NCBI GenBank assembly: GCA_004431415.1
Contig: QPMI01000115.1
Coordinates: 1 to 64,000, forward strand
Direction: 5' to 3'
Length of the DNA: 64,000 bases
Source: Cyanophora paradoxa CCMP329
Taxonomy: Eukaryota > Plantae > Glaucophyta
A model generated the notes under the pieces. That model searched no databases and was not told where the DNA came from. It saw only the letters and a list, made by a program, of their open reading frames with translations. Position numbers and translations under genes: made by a program. Positions 35,367 to 45,701 of the stretch are shown here, piece by piece. Numbering within the stretch: the first letter of the stretch is position 1; each line of letters starts with the position of its first letter.

Positions 35367-36088
35367 ACTCTCCGCTTGTATGCTGTGGGAGCTACACCTT
35401 TGTCGACTTCCGCTTTGGTAGCACCAGGTTCAACAGTTCCCTTTTGGGTCTTTGTCTTCAACTCATCTACCGCTTGTTCATCAATTTGAGTCTCCTTCTT
35501 ACCAATAAACTGCTTATCGGGAAGACCGGTAATACCCATTCGGAATACCTCTTTGCGCAGCATTTCCTTGATTTTCGATCGCTCCTTCTTCTCAGTTACA
35601 TACTGTTCAAGAGCGCTTGATTTTGCTTCCAGATCCTTTAATTTAGCGGTCATCTCATCCCATTGCGCTTTCGGGATTCGGTGGATGTTTTGAGTTGGCG
35701 CAACCTTGTAAGTAACTTCACCAGCCATCGATTGAATTACCTTGTCGGATTCTTTGGAAACACCTTCACCCTTGCGAGCGAGGGAAAGATCTTTGAGACC
35801 GAGTTCACGATCATCGGCAGCACCGATAATCCGACGGGCGCCTTCACCGACCGCCTTCATCTTCGAGACTTCCGGCGAGATGTTCAATTGCTCACTTTGG
35901 GATGTTTGCGGCGCTTTATCACCGGGCGCTTCTTCATAAGCGGCATTTAAGGGGTCTTCTTCCTGTTGCGATGGTTTCACTTCGCTCATTCCGTTGAATT
36001 TCATCGGTGTAGTGTTGAGAGATCCATGACTTTCACCGCCGGAATATGACATAGCACCAGCGGGAACACCTCTACGTTTCGGCGGCAT
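35357..36088 (-). CDS. Hypothetical protein, 243 aa, possible core/virion protein (duplicate 40010-40741)
   Basis: MPPKRR start, Lys/Glu-rich, downstream of the ATPase. Confidence 0.7.
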   Translation of the reverse strand: MPPKRRGVPAGAMSYSGGESHGSLNTTPMKFNGMSEVKPSQQEEDPLNAAYEEAPGDKAPQTSQSEQLNISPEVSKMKAVGEGARRIIGAADDRELGLKDLSLARKGEGVSKESDKVIQSMAGEVTYKVAPTQNIHRIPKAQWDEMTAKLKDLEAKSSALEQYVTEKKERSKIKEMLRKEVFRMGITGLPDKQFIGKKETQIDEQAVDELKTKTQKGTVEPGATKAEVDKGVAPTAYKRRVWL

Positions 36089-36116
36089 TGTATATTTATA
36101 ACATACAGAGATAATT

Positions 36117-36899
36117 TTACAATCCCCTCTTATATCGCATCAACTTATTCGTGTGAACAGCGCTTTTAATCTCTTTCGGCGCTTCCTCCTTCTCAGGCGG
36201 TTTTAATTCATCTTCTTTCTTTTTTGGTTTGCGATGGAACCGCGGGAAATCAAAATCACCAACTAATTCCGCTTTATCAACATAATACCCTACGTTATAT
36301 TTGAATGACGTATAAACGATAAATTGGTATGAGTGGACATACTCTTCAAACATCTTATAGAAATCTTCTTTACGGGGAAACGTAGAATACTCTTCGGCGA
36401 AAGCTTCTAATTCTTTCTGATTACTTGCACAAACCATAATTACGATATCACAATTACAGCGAATCACACTTGCAACCTTGCGCAGTTTTTGCGAAATGCA
36501 GACGAGGGAACAGTTCACATGTCTTGATCTTACGAAAAGCATTCCCACTGTTTTGTCTCGTGTTAAATCCAATTGGTCATTTTCAACCATATCTTCTAAA
36601 ATAATCAGCATATGGTTTAGTTCTTCTCCTCTTTCCTTCTTTTCTTCACGATCTTTAAGAACCTTAGAAATGTATTTTGCATCCCAGGCACCCAATTGAA
36701 CAGTAGCCGCTTTATCCCAGTAATGCGTGAAACTTGTAGCGGAGATAATAAGCGTTGTATCAATCTTTTTCGCATCATGAAGCTGTTTCAAATAGTATTT
36801 TACCGCCTCAGTTTTCCCGCACGCCGACTTCCCAAGTATCAATAATCGGAACGGTGGCTCAATCATTTCAGCGGCATTAAACTCTTCTAAATCCACCAT
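36117..36899 (-). CDS. A32/FtsK-like genome packaging ATPase of PLV-2 (copy 1)
   Basis: LILGKSACGKT Walker A, LIILEDM Walker B, RSRHVNCSLVCISQ, IRCNCD. Confidence 0.92.
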   Translation of the reverse strand: MVDLEEFNAAEMIEPPFRLLILGKSACGKTEAVKYYLKQLHDAKKIDTTLIISATSFTHYWDKAATVQLGAWDAKYISKVLKDREEKKERGEELNHMLIILEDMVENDQLDLTRDKTVGMLFVRSRHVNCSLVCISQKLRKVASVIRCNCDIVIMVCASNQKELEAFAEEYSTFPRKEDFYKMFEEYVHSYQFIVYTSFKYNVGYYVDKAELVGDFDFPRFHRKPKKKEDELKPPEKEEAPKEIKSAVHTNKLMRYKRGL

Positions 36900-36959
36900 G
36901 GCGTTGTAGATCTTCTTAATAAAGATAGATAAAAATAACGAAATCTTACTGATAATGGT

Positions 36960-38026
36960 TTAGAGATTAATGCGGCGAATTCCGTCCTTATCGACAATAA
37001 TGAACGAATGCATGAGAGCGCGAACGTTAACAGTAATTGTGCGATCAGCAGGAAGATACAGAGTGAGGAACGATGAAGACAAGTTCGTAAGGTCAACATA
37101 TCCAGATTGGGCAATGTTGCGAATCGCCTTCTCACCATCAACACAGAATGGAAGACCAGTAAGGACATAACGGTTTGCTTCCTTGTCCATGTTTGAGCAT
37201 TTGAAGGCATCGGCGATGAGTTCCGCACCTTTAAGTAGCGGGATCGGCTCCGTCGAATAAAGACGCTGTCCGTTGATCTCACATGTCATCGTGATATCCT
37301 TCGCATTCGCAAGCGTTTTAAGGACGCTGTGAGAACCATTCGAGGTATCGACACCATCAGCATCACGAACAGAGACAAGAAGAGCATAAACCAGACCAGA
37401 GATTTGGCTAAGATTGATTCGGTTGGGTTGAGTGTTACCTTTCGCAGCAACACCAATAGCATCGACGAAACCGATATCGAGAGCAGGAATAGCCATCCCC
37501 GTGGTCTTAACCTTCTCAATAACAGTTGCAAACAGTTCATCTGAAACGTTGATAGCATGCATGTAGAGACGAGGAGACTTAATGGAGATGTAATGGGTCA
37601 TTGGTGGAACAGTTCCAGCAACTTCGAACCCAGTAATACCGCCAGTGGTGATGTTTTGACCGACATTAGCAAGAGTTACATCAGCAGCGCTTCCGAGACC
37701 GTCATTTGCGGTTTGATCCGCAGCGGTTGTCACAACCGGAAGAGCGCGACCACCATAAGAAGTTTCAAGGTAACCCTTGTTAGCTTCCTTAAACCACACA
37801 GTGATAACGGCTTCACCCGAGAGAGCGCCAAGTGGTAGGTAGTGGTTCAACCACGGCACCGGAATCTCAACGAAGAAAGCGCCACCTTTACGGTTGGTTC
37901 CGTGAGCGGGAATACCATGGAGCATTCCCATAGAGCGCTTCTTTTTTGCCAGTTGATCTTCTGAATAGTAGACCAGTGGGAAAATCGCCAGGAAATCAGA
38001 CGGCACGTGGTAGGTATACGAGCCAT
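36960..38026 (-). pseudogene. 5'-truncated duplicate of the PLV-2 MCP gene
   Basis: Matches 41613-42679; lacks the N-terminal ~110 codons. Confidence 0.85.
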
Positions 38027-39117
38027 CTCTGAGCGAATTGCACAGCACGTTGAAGATAAGCCGGGCAAACCCTGCAACTCAAACACAGATAGATTCGTTT
38101 CCCGGTCTCATCCATCTCCCAGATTCCGTAAGCCTCGTTGAACTTGAACCACGTCTTGTTTGAATACTTGTAGCTGTCTCGCAGAACAAGAAAAGCAACC
38201 TGGGCAACATCATAATGTCCGCCATCAGATCCAATCGACCGATCAATTAGCTTTTCAATCTGAACATCGGTATCAGCTTGAACGCGAACCGTCATAACTC
38301 GCTTCTTGCAATTGGTGCTATAACTCGAAACAATATACTTGTCTTTCTCGTTCCCTTGAAGTATATACCAATTGTTGGAGTCATGGCTTCCCTTGCAGCA
38401 GGGACAAATCAGCCCTTTGTTCTCAGCAGTGAAACTGTAACCCTTCTCGGTCTCATTAATGATTGTGGGTAAGATGAAACCGAATTCTTCAAGTTTCCGG
38501 AGAATGTGTTTCTGCAAATCCTCTTCAATGCTCCTATCAATAGAAGAGTGTCCGCCTTTCGGAAAAAGGTAGTTTTCAATCATCCACTTTTGGAGTTCAG
38601 CACTCGGTTCGATCAACTCACAGCCTTCCGCCCATGGTTCTCTGATCCAAGTTTTACCGGGGCTTGGGGAAACGTTAATCAAACCAGCCGTTCCAGTGGA
38701 TGCAACTGTCTTACAGTCAATCTTAGGATAACCTTTGAAAGCACCCGCTTTATCCCAGAGCTTAACAGTATCGAAGTCAGCAGGACGAGAGAAGTAAACA
38801 TGATATCCTTTTTTGGTTTTAGCAAGAGGATTGACACCACCGAAATCATCGGGATATTCCTCCTCGAATTTGGCGAAATCCTCCTCTTGGTCGAAGTCGA
38901 TAACCACGATGTTGCGAGCGAGAATGCCCCAAGCAGTATACTTACCGGATTTCAGGGCTTCATCGAATTTATCCCAAGTCCACGATCCGTCTTTATGGGC
39001 GAAGAGGGGTTTTTTGGTATCGGGATCGACGGGGATTACGATATTCTCAGACCGGACATCGTCTTCACGAAGCCAATCAACAAGGCGTTTCAGGGATTTC
39101 TTGGCGGCAGCGTTCAT
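38027..39117 (-). pseudogene. 3'-truncated duplicate of the primase-helicase gene (primase part only)
   Basis: Matches 33373-34463; ends out of frame in MCP sequence. Confidence 0.85.
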
Positions 39118-40769
39118 CTCGATAATCGGGGGTGTCTTATCTATGATGGAGAAAAGAGTTTCTCCGGATTCCTATCATTTTTTGGCGGCTAACCTTTAAG
39201 TGGTTGATATCTCTTCAATTACCAAAAACGGCAATCGGGAGATGGTAACGGATCTATCGAAGCATATCGATAGACCGCTCGAAAAATGAGTAATTGGGTT
39301 CAGCGGTCAAATGGGGATTTCCCTTAATACTTTCGTGGACGTCCCCGCGACTTGTTTTCAATTCCCTCCCGCTCCTTACGACGATAATATGAAGCGAGCG
39401 ATTGCGCCTTCTTATACTCCGATAAACCGGGTCTTCGTTGTAGAGCGTTCGCTTCCTGAGAGCATCTCTCATCTTGTAATTGGCGCGGGTCTCCTCTTCT
39501 TCTTCGCCGAATTCGATAACACTAATCATGTCTTCGGTTATATGAATTACAGTCGCCATGTTCCACTTTATATATAGTTGAGAAAATCTTTTACCACTCT
39601 GTATTATGCGTTACGTCTTTAAGTAGTTTATGGTGTCATTTTTTGGTGACCAAAGCCAGTTGGTGTCTACGTTCTTCAATTGCAGATTTAACGGCGTAAA
39701 TCTGTCGTTTCGATAGTATGATGGCGTAGATCTCTTCGAGCATTCGATACCATAACCAAAGATATTATTTATGATCGTTTTGCGCAAACGATCGGCGACG
39801 GACAGTCTCTGTTTCTGTAACGGTGACTGTCTCAGTTGTTATCGAATCTTGTGATTGCCTTCGCCCTCCATCGCTTCCACCATCTGAGAAATCCATTTCG
39901 AATTTCGTATCGCAGCAGTCATTGTGACAATCGGTTACGCAATGCATCTCAAACATCTCAATGATCTTTTTCAGAAACTCCATTGATTCCCTCTTTAAAC
40001 AATATATAATTAAAGCCAAACTCTCCGCTTGTATGCTGTGGGAGCTACACCTTTGTCGACTTCCGCTTTGGTAGCACCAGGTTCAACAGTTCCCTTTTGG
40101 GTCTTTGTCTTCAACTCATCTACCGCTTGTTCATCAATTTGAGTCTCCTTCTTACCAATAAACTGCTTATCGGGAAGACCGGTAATACCCATTCGGAATA
40201 CCTCTTTGCGCAGCATTTCCTTGATTTTCGATCGCTCCTTCTTCTCAGTTACATACTGTTCAAGAGCGCTTGATTTTGCTTCCAGATCCTTTAATTTAGC
40301 GGTCATCTCATCCCATTGCGCTTTCGGGATTCGGTGGATGTTTTGAGTTGGCGCAACCTTGTAAGTAACTTCACCAGCCATCGATTGAATTACCTTGTCG
40401 GATTCTTTGGAAACACCTTCACCCTTGCGAGCGAGGGAAAGATCTTTGAGACCGAGTTCACGATCATCGGCAGCACCGATAATCCGACGGGCGCCTTCAC
40501 CGACCGCCTTCATCTTCGAGACTTCCGGCGAGATGTTCAATTGCTCACTTTGGGATGTTTGCGGCGCTTTATCACCGGGCGCTTCTTCATAAGCGGCATT
40601 TAAGGGGTCTTCTTCCTGTTGCGATGGTTTCACTTCGCTCATTCCGTTGAATTTCATCGGTGTAGTGTTGAGAGATCCATGACTTTCACCGCCGGAATAT
40701 GACATAGCACCAGCGGGAACACCTCTACGTTTCGGCGGCATTGTATATTTATAACATACAGAGATAATT

Positions 40770-41552
40770 TTACAATCCCCTCTTATATCGCATCAACTTA
40801 TTCGTGTGAACAGCGCTTTTAATCTCTTTCGGCGCTTCCTCCTTCTCAGGCGGTTTTAATTCATCTTCTTTCTTTTTTGGTTTGCGATGGAACCGCGGGA
40901 AATCAAAATCACCAACTAATTCCGCTTTATCAACATAATACCCTACGTTATATTTGAATGACGTATAAACGATAAATTGGTATGAGTGGACATACTCTTC
41001 AAACATCTTATAGAAATCTTCTTTACGGGGAAACGTAGAATACTCTTCGGCGAAAGCTTCTAATTCTTTCTGATTACTTGCACAAACCATAATTACGATA
41101 TCACAATTACAGCGAATCACACTTGCAACCTTGCGCAGTTTTTGCGAAATGCAGACGAGGGAACAGTTCACATGTCTTGATCTTACGAAAAGCATTCCCA
41201 CTGTTTTGTCTCGTGTTAAATCCAATTGGTCATTTTCAACCATATCTTCTAAAATAATCAGCATATGGTTTAGTTCTTCTCCTCTTTCCTTCTTTTCTTC
41301 ACGATCTTTAAGAACCTTAGAAATGTATTTTGCATCCCAGGCACCCAATTGAACAGTAGCCGCTTTATCCCAGTAATGCGTGAAACTTGTAGCGGAGATA
41401 ATAAGCGTTGTATCAATCTTTTTCGCATCATGAAGCTGTTTCAAATAGTATTTTACCGCCTCAGTTTTCCCGCACGCCGACTTCCCAAGTATCAATAATC
41501 GGAACGGTGGCTCAATCATTTCAGCGGCATTAAACTCTTCTAAATCCACCAT
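40770..41552 (-). CDS. A32/FtsK-like packaging ATPase of PLV-2 (copy 2)
   Basis: Protein identical to 36117-36899. Confidence 0.92.
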   Translation of the reverse strand: MVDLEEFNAAEMIEPPFRLLILGKSACGKTEAVKYYLKQLHDAKKIDTTLIISATSFTHYWDKAATVQLGAWDAKYISKVLKDREEKKERGEELNHMLIILEDMVENDQLDLTRDKTVGMLFVRSRHVNCSLVCISQKLRKVASVIRCNCDIVIMVCASNQKELEAFAEEYSTFPRKEDFYKMFEEYVHSYQFIVYTSFKYNVGYYVDKAELVGDFDFPRFHRKPKKKEDELKPPEKEEAPKEIKSAVHTNKLMRYKRGL

Positions 41553-41612
41553 GGCGTTGTAGATCTTCTTAATAAAGATAGATAAAAATAACGAAATCTT
41601 ACTGATAATGGT

Positions 41613-43010
41613 TTAGAGATTAATGCGGCGAATTCCGTCCTTATCGACAATAATGAACGAATGCATGAGAGCGCGAACGTTAACAGTAATTGTGCGATCA
41701 GCAGGAAGATACAGAGTGAGGAACGATGAAGACAAGTTCGTAAGGTCAACATATCCAGATTGGGCAATGTTGCGAATCGCCTTCTCACCATCAACACAGA
41801 ATGGAAGACCAGTAAGGACATAACGGTTTGCTTCCTTGTCCATGTTTGAGCATTTGAAGGCATCGGCGATGAGTTCCGCACCTTTAAGTAGCGGGATCGG
41901 CTCCGTCGAATAAAGACGCTGTCCGTTGATCTCACATGTCATCGTGATATCCTTCGCATTCGCAAGCGTTTTAAGGACGCTGTGAGAACCATTCGAGGTA
42001 TCGACACCATCAGCATCACGAACAGAGACAAGAAGAGCATAAACCAGACCAGAGATTTGGCTAAGATTGATTCGGTTGGGTTGAGTGTTACCTTTCGCAG
42101 CAACACCAATAGCATCGACGAAACCGATATCGAGAGCAGGAATAGCCATCCCCGTGGTCTTAACCTTCTCAATAACAGTTGCAAACAGTTCATCTGAAAC
42201 GTTGATAGCATGCATGTAGAGACGAGGAGACTTAATGGAGATGTAATGGGTCATTGGTGGAACAGTTCCAGCAACTTCGAACCCAGTAATACCGCCAGTG
42301 GTGATGTTTTGACCGACATTAGCAAGAGTTACATCAGCAGCGCTTCCGAGACCGTCATTTGCGGTTTGATCCGCAGCGGTTGTCACAACCGGAAGAGCGC
42401 GACCACCATAAGAAGTTTCAAGGTAACCCTTGTTAGCTTCCTTAAACCACACAGTGATAACGGCTTCACCCGAGAGAGCGCCAAGTGGTAGGTAGTGGTT
42501 CAACCACGGCACCGGAATCTCAACGAAGAAAGCGCCACCTTTACGGTTGGTTCCGTGAGCGGGAATACCATGGAGCATTCCCATAGAGCGCTTCTTTTTT
42601 GCCAGTTGATCTTCTGAATAGTAGACCAGTGGGAAAATCGCCAGGAAATCAGACGGCACGTGGTAGGTATACGAGCCATACGAGAATTCAAGACGCTCTA
42701 CAAGCGCACCTACGGGGCGGGTGTAACCATTGCGCACCAGGTCGGTATCGCCTTCGAAAGCGGTTAGTTCGGGAAGATCGAAAGCGAGTTCGATTTTACC
42801 AACAAAGTTGTAGCGGGGAAGTTTGAAAGAAACGCGTTGACCTACGTTGTTGTCATAGGTTGTCGATGGACTAACAGTTACGAGAACGGGTTTCGTCTTC
42901 GATTCGAGACCAAGCATAAGCGAGTTATCGAGGAAGAACGCTTTGGCTTCCTCGGGCGTTGTTAGCGCCTCTTTCAGAGAAAGACGTTGAAGGGTCGAGG
43001 TAACATCCAT
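41613..43010 (-). CDS. Major capsid protein (double jelly-roll) of PLV-2
   Basis: 465 aa beta-rich protein between penton and ATPase; VSFKLPR..FVGKIELAFDLPEL, LVERLEFSYG, FVEIPVPW...YLPLGAL....ITVWF patterns typical of double jelly-roll MCPs. Confidence 0.85.
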   Translation of the reverse strand: MDVTSTLQRLSLKEALTTPEEAKAFFLDNSLMLGLESKTKPVLVTVSPSTTYDNNVGQRVSFKLPRYNFVGKIELAFDLPELTAFEGDTDLVRNGYTRPVGALVERLEFSYGSYTYHVPSDFLAIFPLVYYSEDQLAKKKRSMGMLHGIPAHGTNRKGGAFFVEIPVPWLNHYLPLGALSGEAVITVWFKEANKGYLETSYGGRALPVVTTAADQTANDGLGSAADVTLANVGQNITTGGITGFEVAGTVPPMTHYISIKSPRLYMHAINVSDELFATVIEKVKTTGMAIPALDIGFVDAIGVAAKGNTQPNRINLSQISGLVYALLVSVRDADGVDTSNGSHSVLKTLANAKDITMTCEINGQRLYSTEPIPLLKGAELIADAFKCSNMDKEANRYVLTGLPFCVDGEKAIRNIAQSGYVDLTNLSSSFLTLYLPADRTITVNVRALMHSFIIVDKDGIRRINL

Positions 43011-43064
43011 TCTGTTTTGCTTTTACTATACAAAAATATAAAAATTCTGTGAATGATCCTTAAT

Positions 43065-44069
43065 TTACGCGAATCCCGCAATATTTGGATAGAAGGGGTG
43101 GGTTTCTCTCATTCTCATTTTGAAATACTCATAAATCGGATCGCCGGCAGGTTCATCACCATAGCGGATCTCGAATGTCAGATGCACAGGTTGCCCCTCG
43201 AAATCAATTAATTCATTTTGAGCATTCACAACATCTACCGATAATTGCGATAGTGATAGTTTCTTATTATAATATTTATACAGCGGATTTGCTTCCGTCG
43301 AATTGTAAACAACGTGTTCCGCAAAGTCTTTATCTTGAACCGTGAGTTTATGGAAGTATCCAGTAAGGAGACCATCGGCACATTGGACGAGGTCACCCAG
43401 TTCTTTTACTCTCACGAAAAAGACATTATCTTTACAGGTTTCAGTTGGGAATGTCGAGATAATACCATTTACATTTGCACCTGTAAAAACGGAGCTTGTA
43501 TCTGTTCCATAGGTCTGTGATTTAATAAACTTGTTTCCCCAGCGTCCAGCATCCAAACCCAAGATTCGAGCGTGTCGTAGCGCTTTTTCGATTGCAGAAA
43601 CAGAAGGATCTTTTGCATATGAGAAGCATATATAGAACTCCACAGGAGCATAAAAGATAACTTTTTTTTGGGCTACATCCCAACCACAGCGAATTGCAGA
43701 AGGAGGCGAGAGATTCTCAAAACGGTTATTGATTCGGGCAACGAGTTGTTGATGAGTATTGATTGGGGTTTTTAGACCTGCACCAGGTCGAATAGAACGC
43801 CAACTATCATATAGAATCTCAGGAGCATTTGCACCGGTGGATGTGGATTTTTGGCTGAAATTGATAATAAAAGCATCCTCAACTGTTGCATCACCAGGTT
43901 CTGTCTCACCGCTAATGAGTGGGATGGAGTTATAGAATTCAGCGGAGACAAGGCGAACCGCTCTTACATTCTCATACGTCTTTGGGAGATCCGCAACAAA
44001 TCGTGATGTTGGAGCATCCAGATTAGGTAGCGTTTTGAAGGAAGACACTTCAACGTATTCCACAGGCAT
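43065..44069 (-). CDS. Minor capsid (penton) protein 1 of PLV-2
   Basis: FVADLPKTYENVRAVRLVSAEFYNS N-terminus and LSQLSVDVVNAQNELIDFEGQPVHLTFEI C-terminus, single jelly-roll pattern. Confidence 0.8.
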   Translation of the reverse strand: MPVEYVEVSSFKTLPNLDAPTSRFVADLPKTYENVRAVRLVSAEFYNSIPLISGETEPGDATVEDAFIINFSQKSTSTGANAPEILYDSWRSIRPGAGLKTPINTHQQLVARINNRFENLSPPSAIRCGWDVAQKKVIFYAPVEFYICFSYAKDPSVSAIEKALRHARILGLDAGRWGNKFIKSQTYGTDTSSVFTGANVNGIISTFPTETCKDNVFFVRVKELGDLVQCADGLLTGYFHKLTVQDKDFAEHVVYNSTEANPLYKYYNKKLSLSQLSVDVVNAQNELIDFEGQPVHLTFEIRYGDEPAGDPIYEYFKMRMRETHPFYPNIAGFA

Positions 44070-44097
44070 CTTCTTTTATCTATAACCATATAATAAA

Positions 44098-45000
44098 ATG
44101 ATTCGGCTTGTCAATGTCGATAGTAGAGATCGATTAGATGGACAGAAAGAAAATGCTTACAAGGTCTCACTAACCACACCAATTACCAGACCGCGACAGT
44201 GTCGTATCTTGTATGCAGAGATTCCCAACAGCATTTATAATTCGATTGGAACCGATTATATTATAGTTCGTTATAACATTGGTGGTTTCATCCTTAACCA
44301 GCAAGTATTTCCGTTACCGAGTGGTTACATCAACCAAGGACACTTTGGAGTTACTCAACCATATAATTACGGTTTAAACTACGAAGTTCTTGAAAATACA
44401 TTCTTTAAGATATACTACAACCCGACAACATACAAGTTAGAATTTTATAGCAGCGTTCCATTCGAAATAGCAGCGTCAAACAATAGAATCGCCAAACTAC
44501 TTGGTCTTGGATCAACATTATTGGTAAGCCAGCAACACAATTTAGAAGATAACAGGTCTGTATTCGCTCCTGAGAATTACTTATCTTATGCAGGAAGACC
44601 AATTACACCTGATCACCCACAATGGGGAATAACGTTTGAAGGTGTAGATCCAGTGCCGTTGCAACACAAAGCAACAAGTCCAAAGATGGCGGATATGAAC
44701 GCTGAGCAATACTTGTATATGCACATCAAAGAACTCTCTTCTTTTGCATCCAACCACAATATAGTCCCGAAATCGCAACCGCAGAATCAAGGCGCGATCT
44801 TGCGATTACAATTGAGTCAGGACATCGGGAAGTATGTTTACCATAGCGGAGAGCATGGTGAATACATAAAAATAACAGACAAAAACCTTGTTATTCGTGA
44901 ATTAACAGTTGAATTTCGTGATTATTTTGGTGATCTTGTAGATATGAATGGTATCGATAATTCGTTTCAGTTGGAGTTTGTAGCTATTGGAAACGATTAG
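44098..45000 (+). CDS. Minor capsid (penton) protein 2 of PLV-2
   Basis: VNVDSRDR...AEIPNS N-terminus; IRELTVEFRDYFGDLVDMNGIDNSFQLEF C-terminus. Confidence 0.82.
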   Translation: MIRLVNVDSRDRLDGQKENAYKVSLTTPITRPRQCRILYAEIPNSIYNSIGTDYIIVRYNIGGFILNQQVFPLPSGYINQGHFGVTQPYNYGLNYEVLENTFFKIYYNPTTYKLEFYSSVPFEIAASNNRIAKLLGLGSTLLVSQQHNLEDNRSVFAPENYLSYAGRPITPDHPQWGITFEGVDPVPLQHKATSPKMADMNAEQYLYMHIKELSSFASNHNIVPKSQPQNQGAILRLQLSQDIGKYVYHSGEHGEYIKITDKNLVIRELTVEFRDYFGDLVDMNGIDNSFQLEFVAIGND

Positions 45001-45601
45001 CTATTGGGATATATGGTTTGAAGATATCAGCGACAACACCATTCTGATCCTCTGTATACCATCTGTTGTTTTCGCGAACCCAACGAGCGCCATTTTGTTT
45101 AAGGTATTTACGTAGAGTCGCTCGGTTCACAATCTTCCATCCATGCTCTTCAAACTTAGCATGATAAGCACGAAGATCTCTTGGAATGTGGAAATAGTAA
45201 CGTTCACGATGTTCTTCTTGTCCATAGCATATCCCAATTGCATTAATTACGTCATCGTGAGTCTTTGTAGTGTTGAAAAGAAGATCATGAAAATTAACAA
45301 CAACGATGAAATCAAGTTCAGCATTACGCACTTCATTAAGATGGCTAAACTTACCATGATCATTATAATTCACATGATTATAGAAGAACCGATCATCGCG
45401 AGTTCTCGCACAAATCCGATCCGAATTTCTCCGAAAATAACCAAAACAAACCATTTGATCCATTCCAGGATAAGAGTATGTTCCAATCTTTCGATGCAAA
45501 ACCTCAATAGTTTCAGCAAGATCAAGAATATCCTTCACACCAAATCGCATTTCAGCAATCGGAACCGAGAAGATCGGCTCACCTTCGAAGAGATACGCCA
45601 T
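44984..45601 (-). CDS. Hypothetical protein, 205 aa
   Basis: ATG-started ORF preceded by the shared upstream motif at 45691. Confidence 0.65.
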   Translation of the reverse strand: MAYLFEGEPIFSVPIAEMRFGVKDILDLAETIEVLHRKIGTYSYPGMDQMVCFGYFRRNSDRICARTRDDRFFYNHVNYNDHGKFSHLNEVRNAELDFIVVVNFHDLLFNTTKTHDDVINAIGICYGQEEHRERYYFHIPRDLRAYHAKFEEHGWKIVNRATLRKYLKQNGARWVRENNRWYTEDQNGVVADIFKPYIPIANRFQ

Positions 45602-45701
45602 GACACTGAATTACGTCTGAGAAAATGTTTTACCCGGTTTACTCTATACTGTCGCTTCTTCCTTAAATCATTTTGGGTTGCCCACGAGCATCATTTTTTT
45701 G

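Larger units (their letters stand above)
33373..42679. repeat. 4.65-kb tandem duplication inside PLV-2 (33373-38026 and 38027-42679)
   Basis: Junction GAGCCAT|CTCTGAGCG joins MCP sequence to primase sequence; the only difference I noticed is a 1-bp C-run indel near 39420. Confidence 0.92.
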
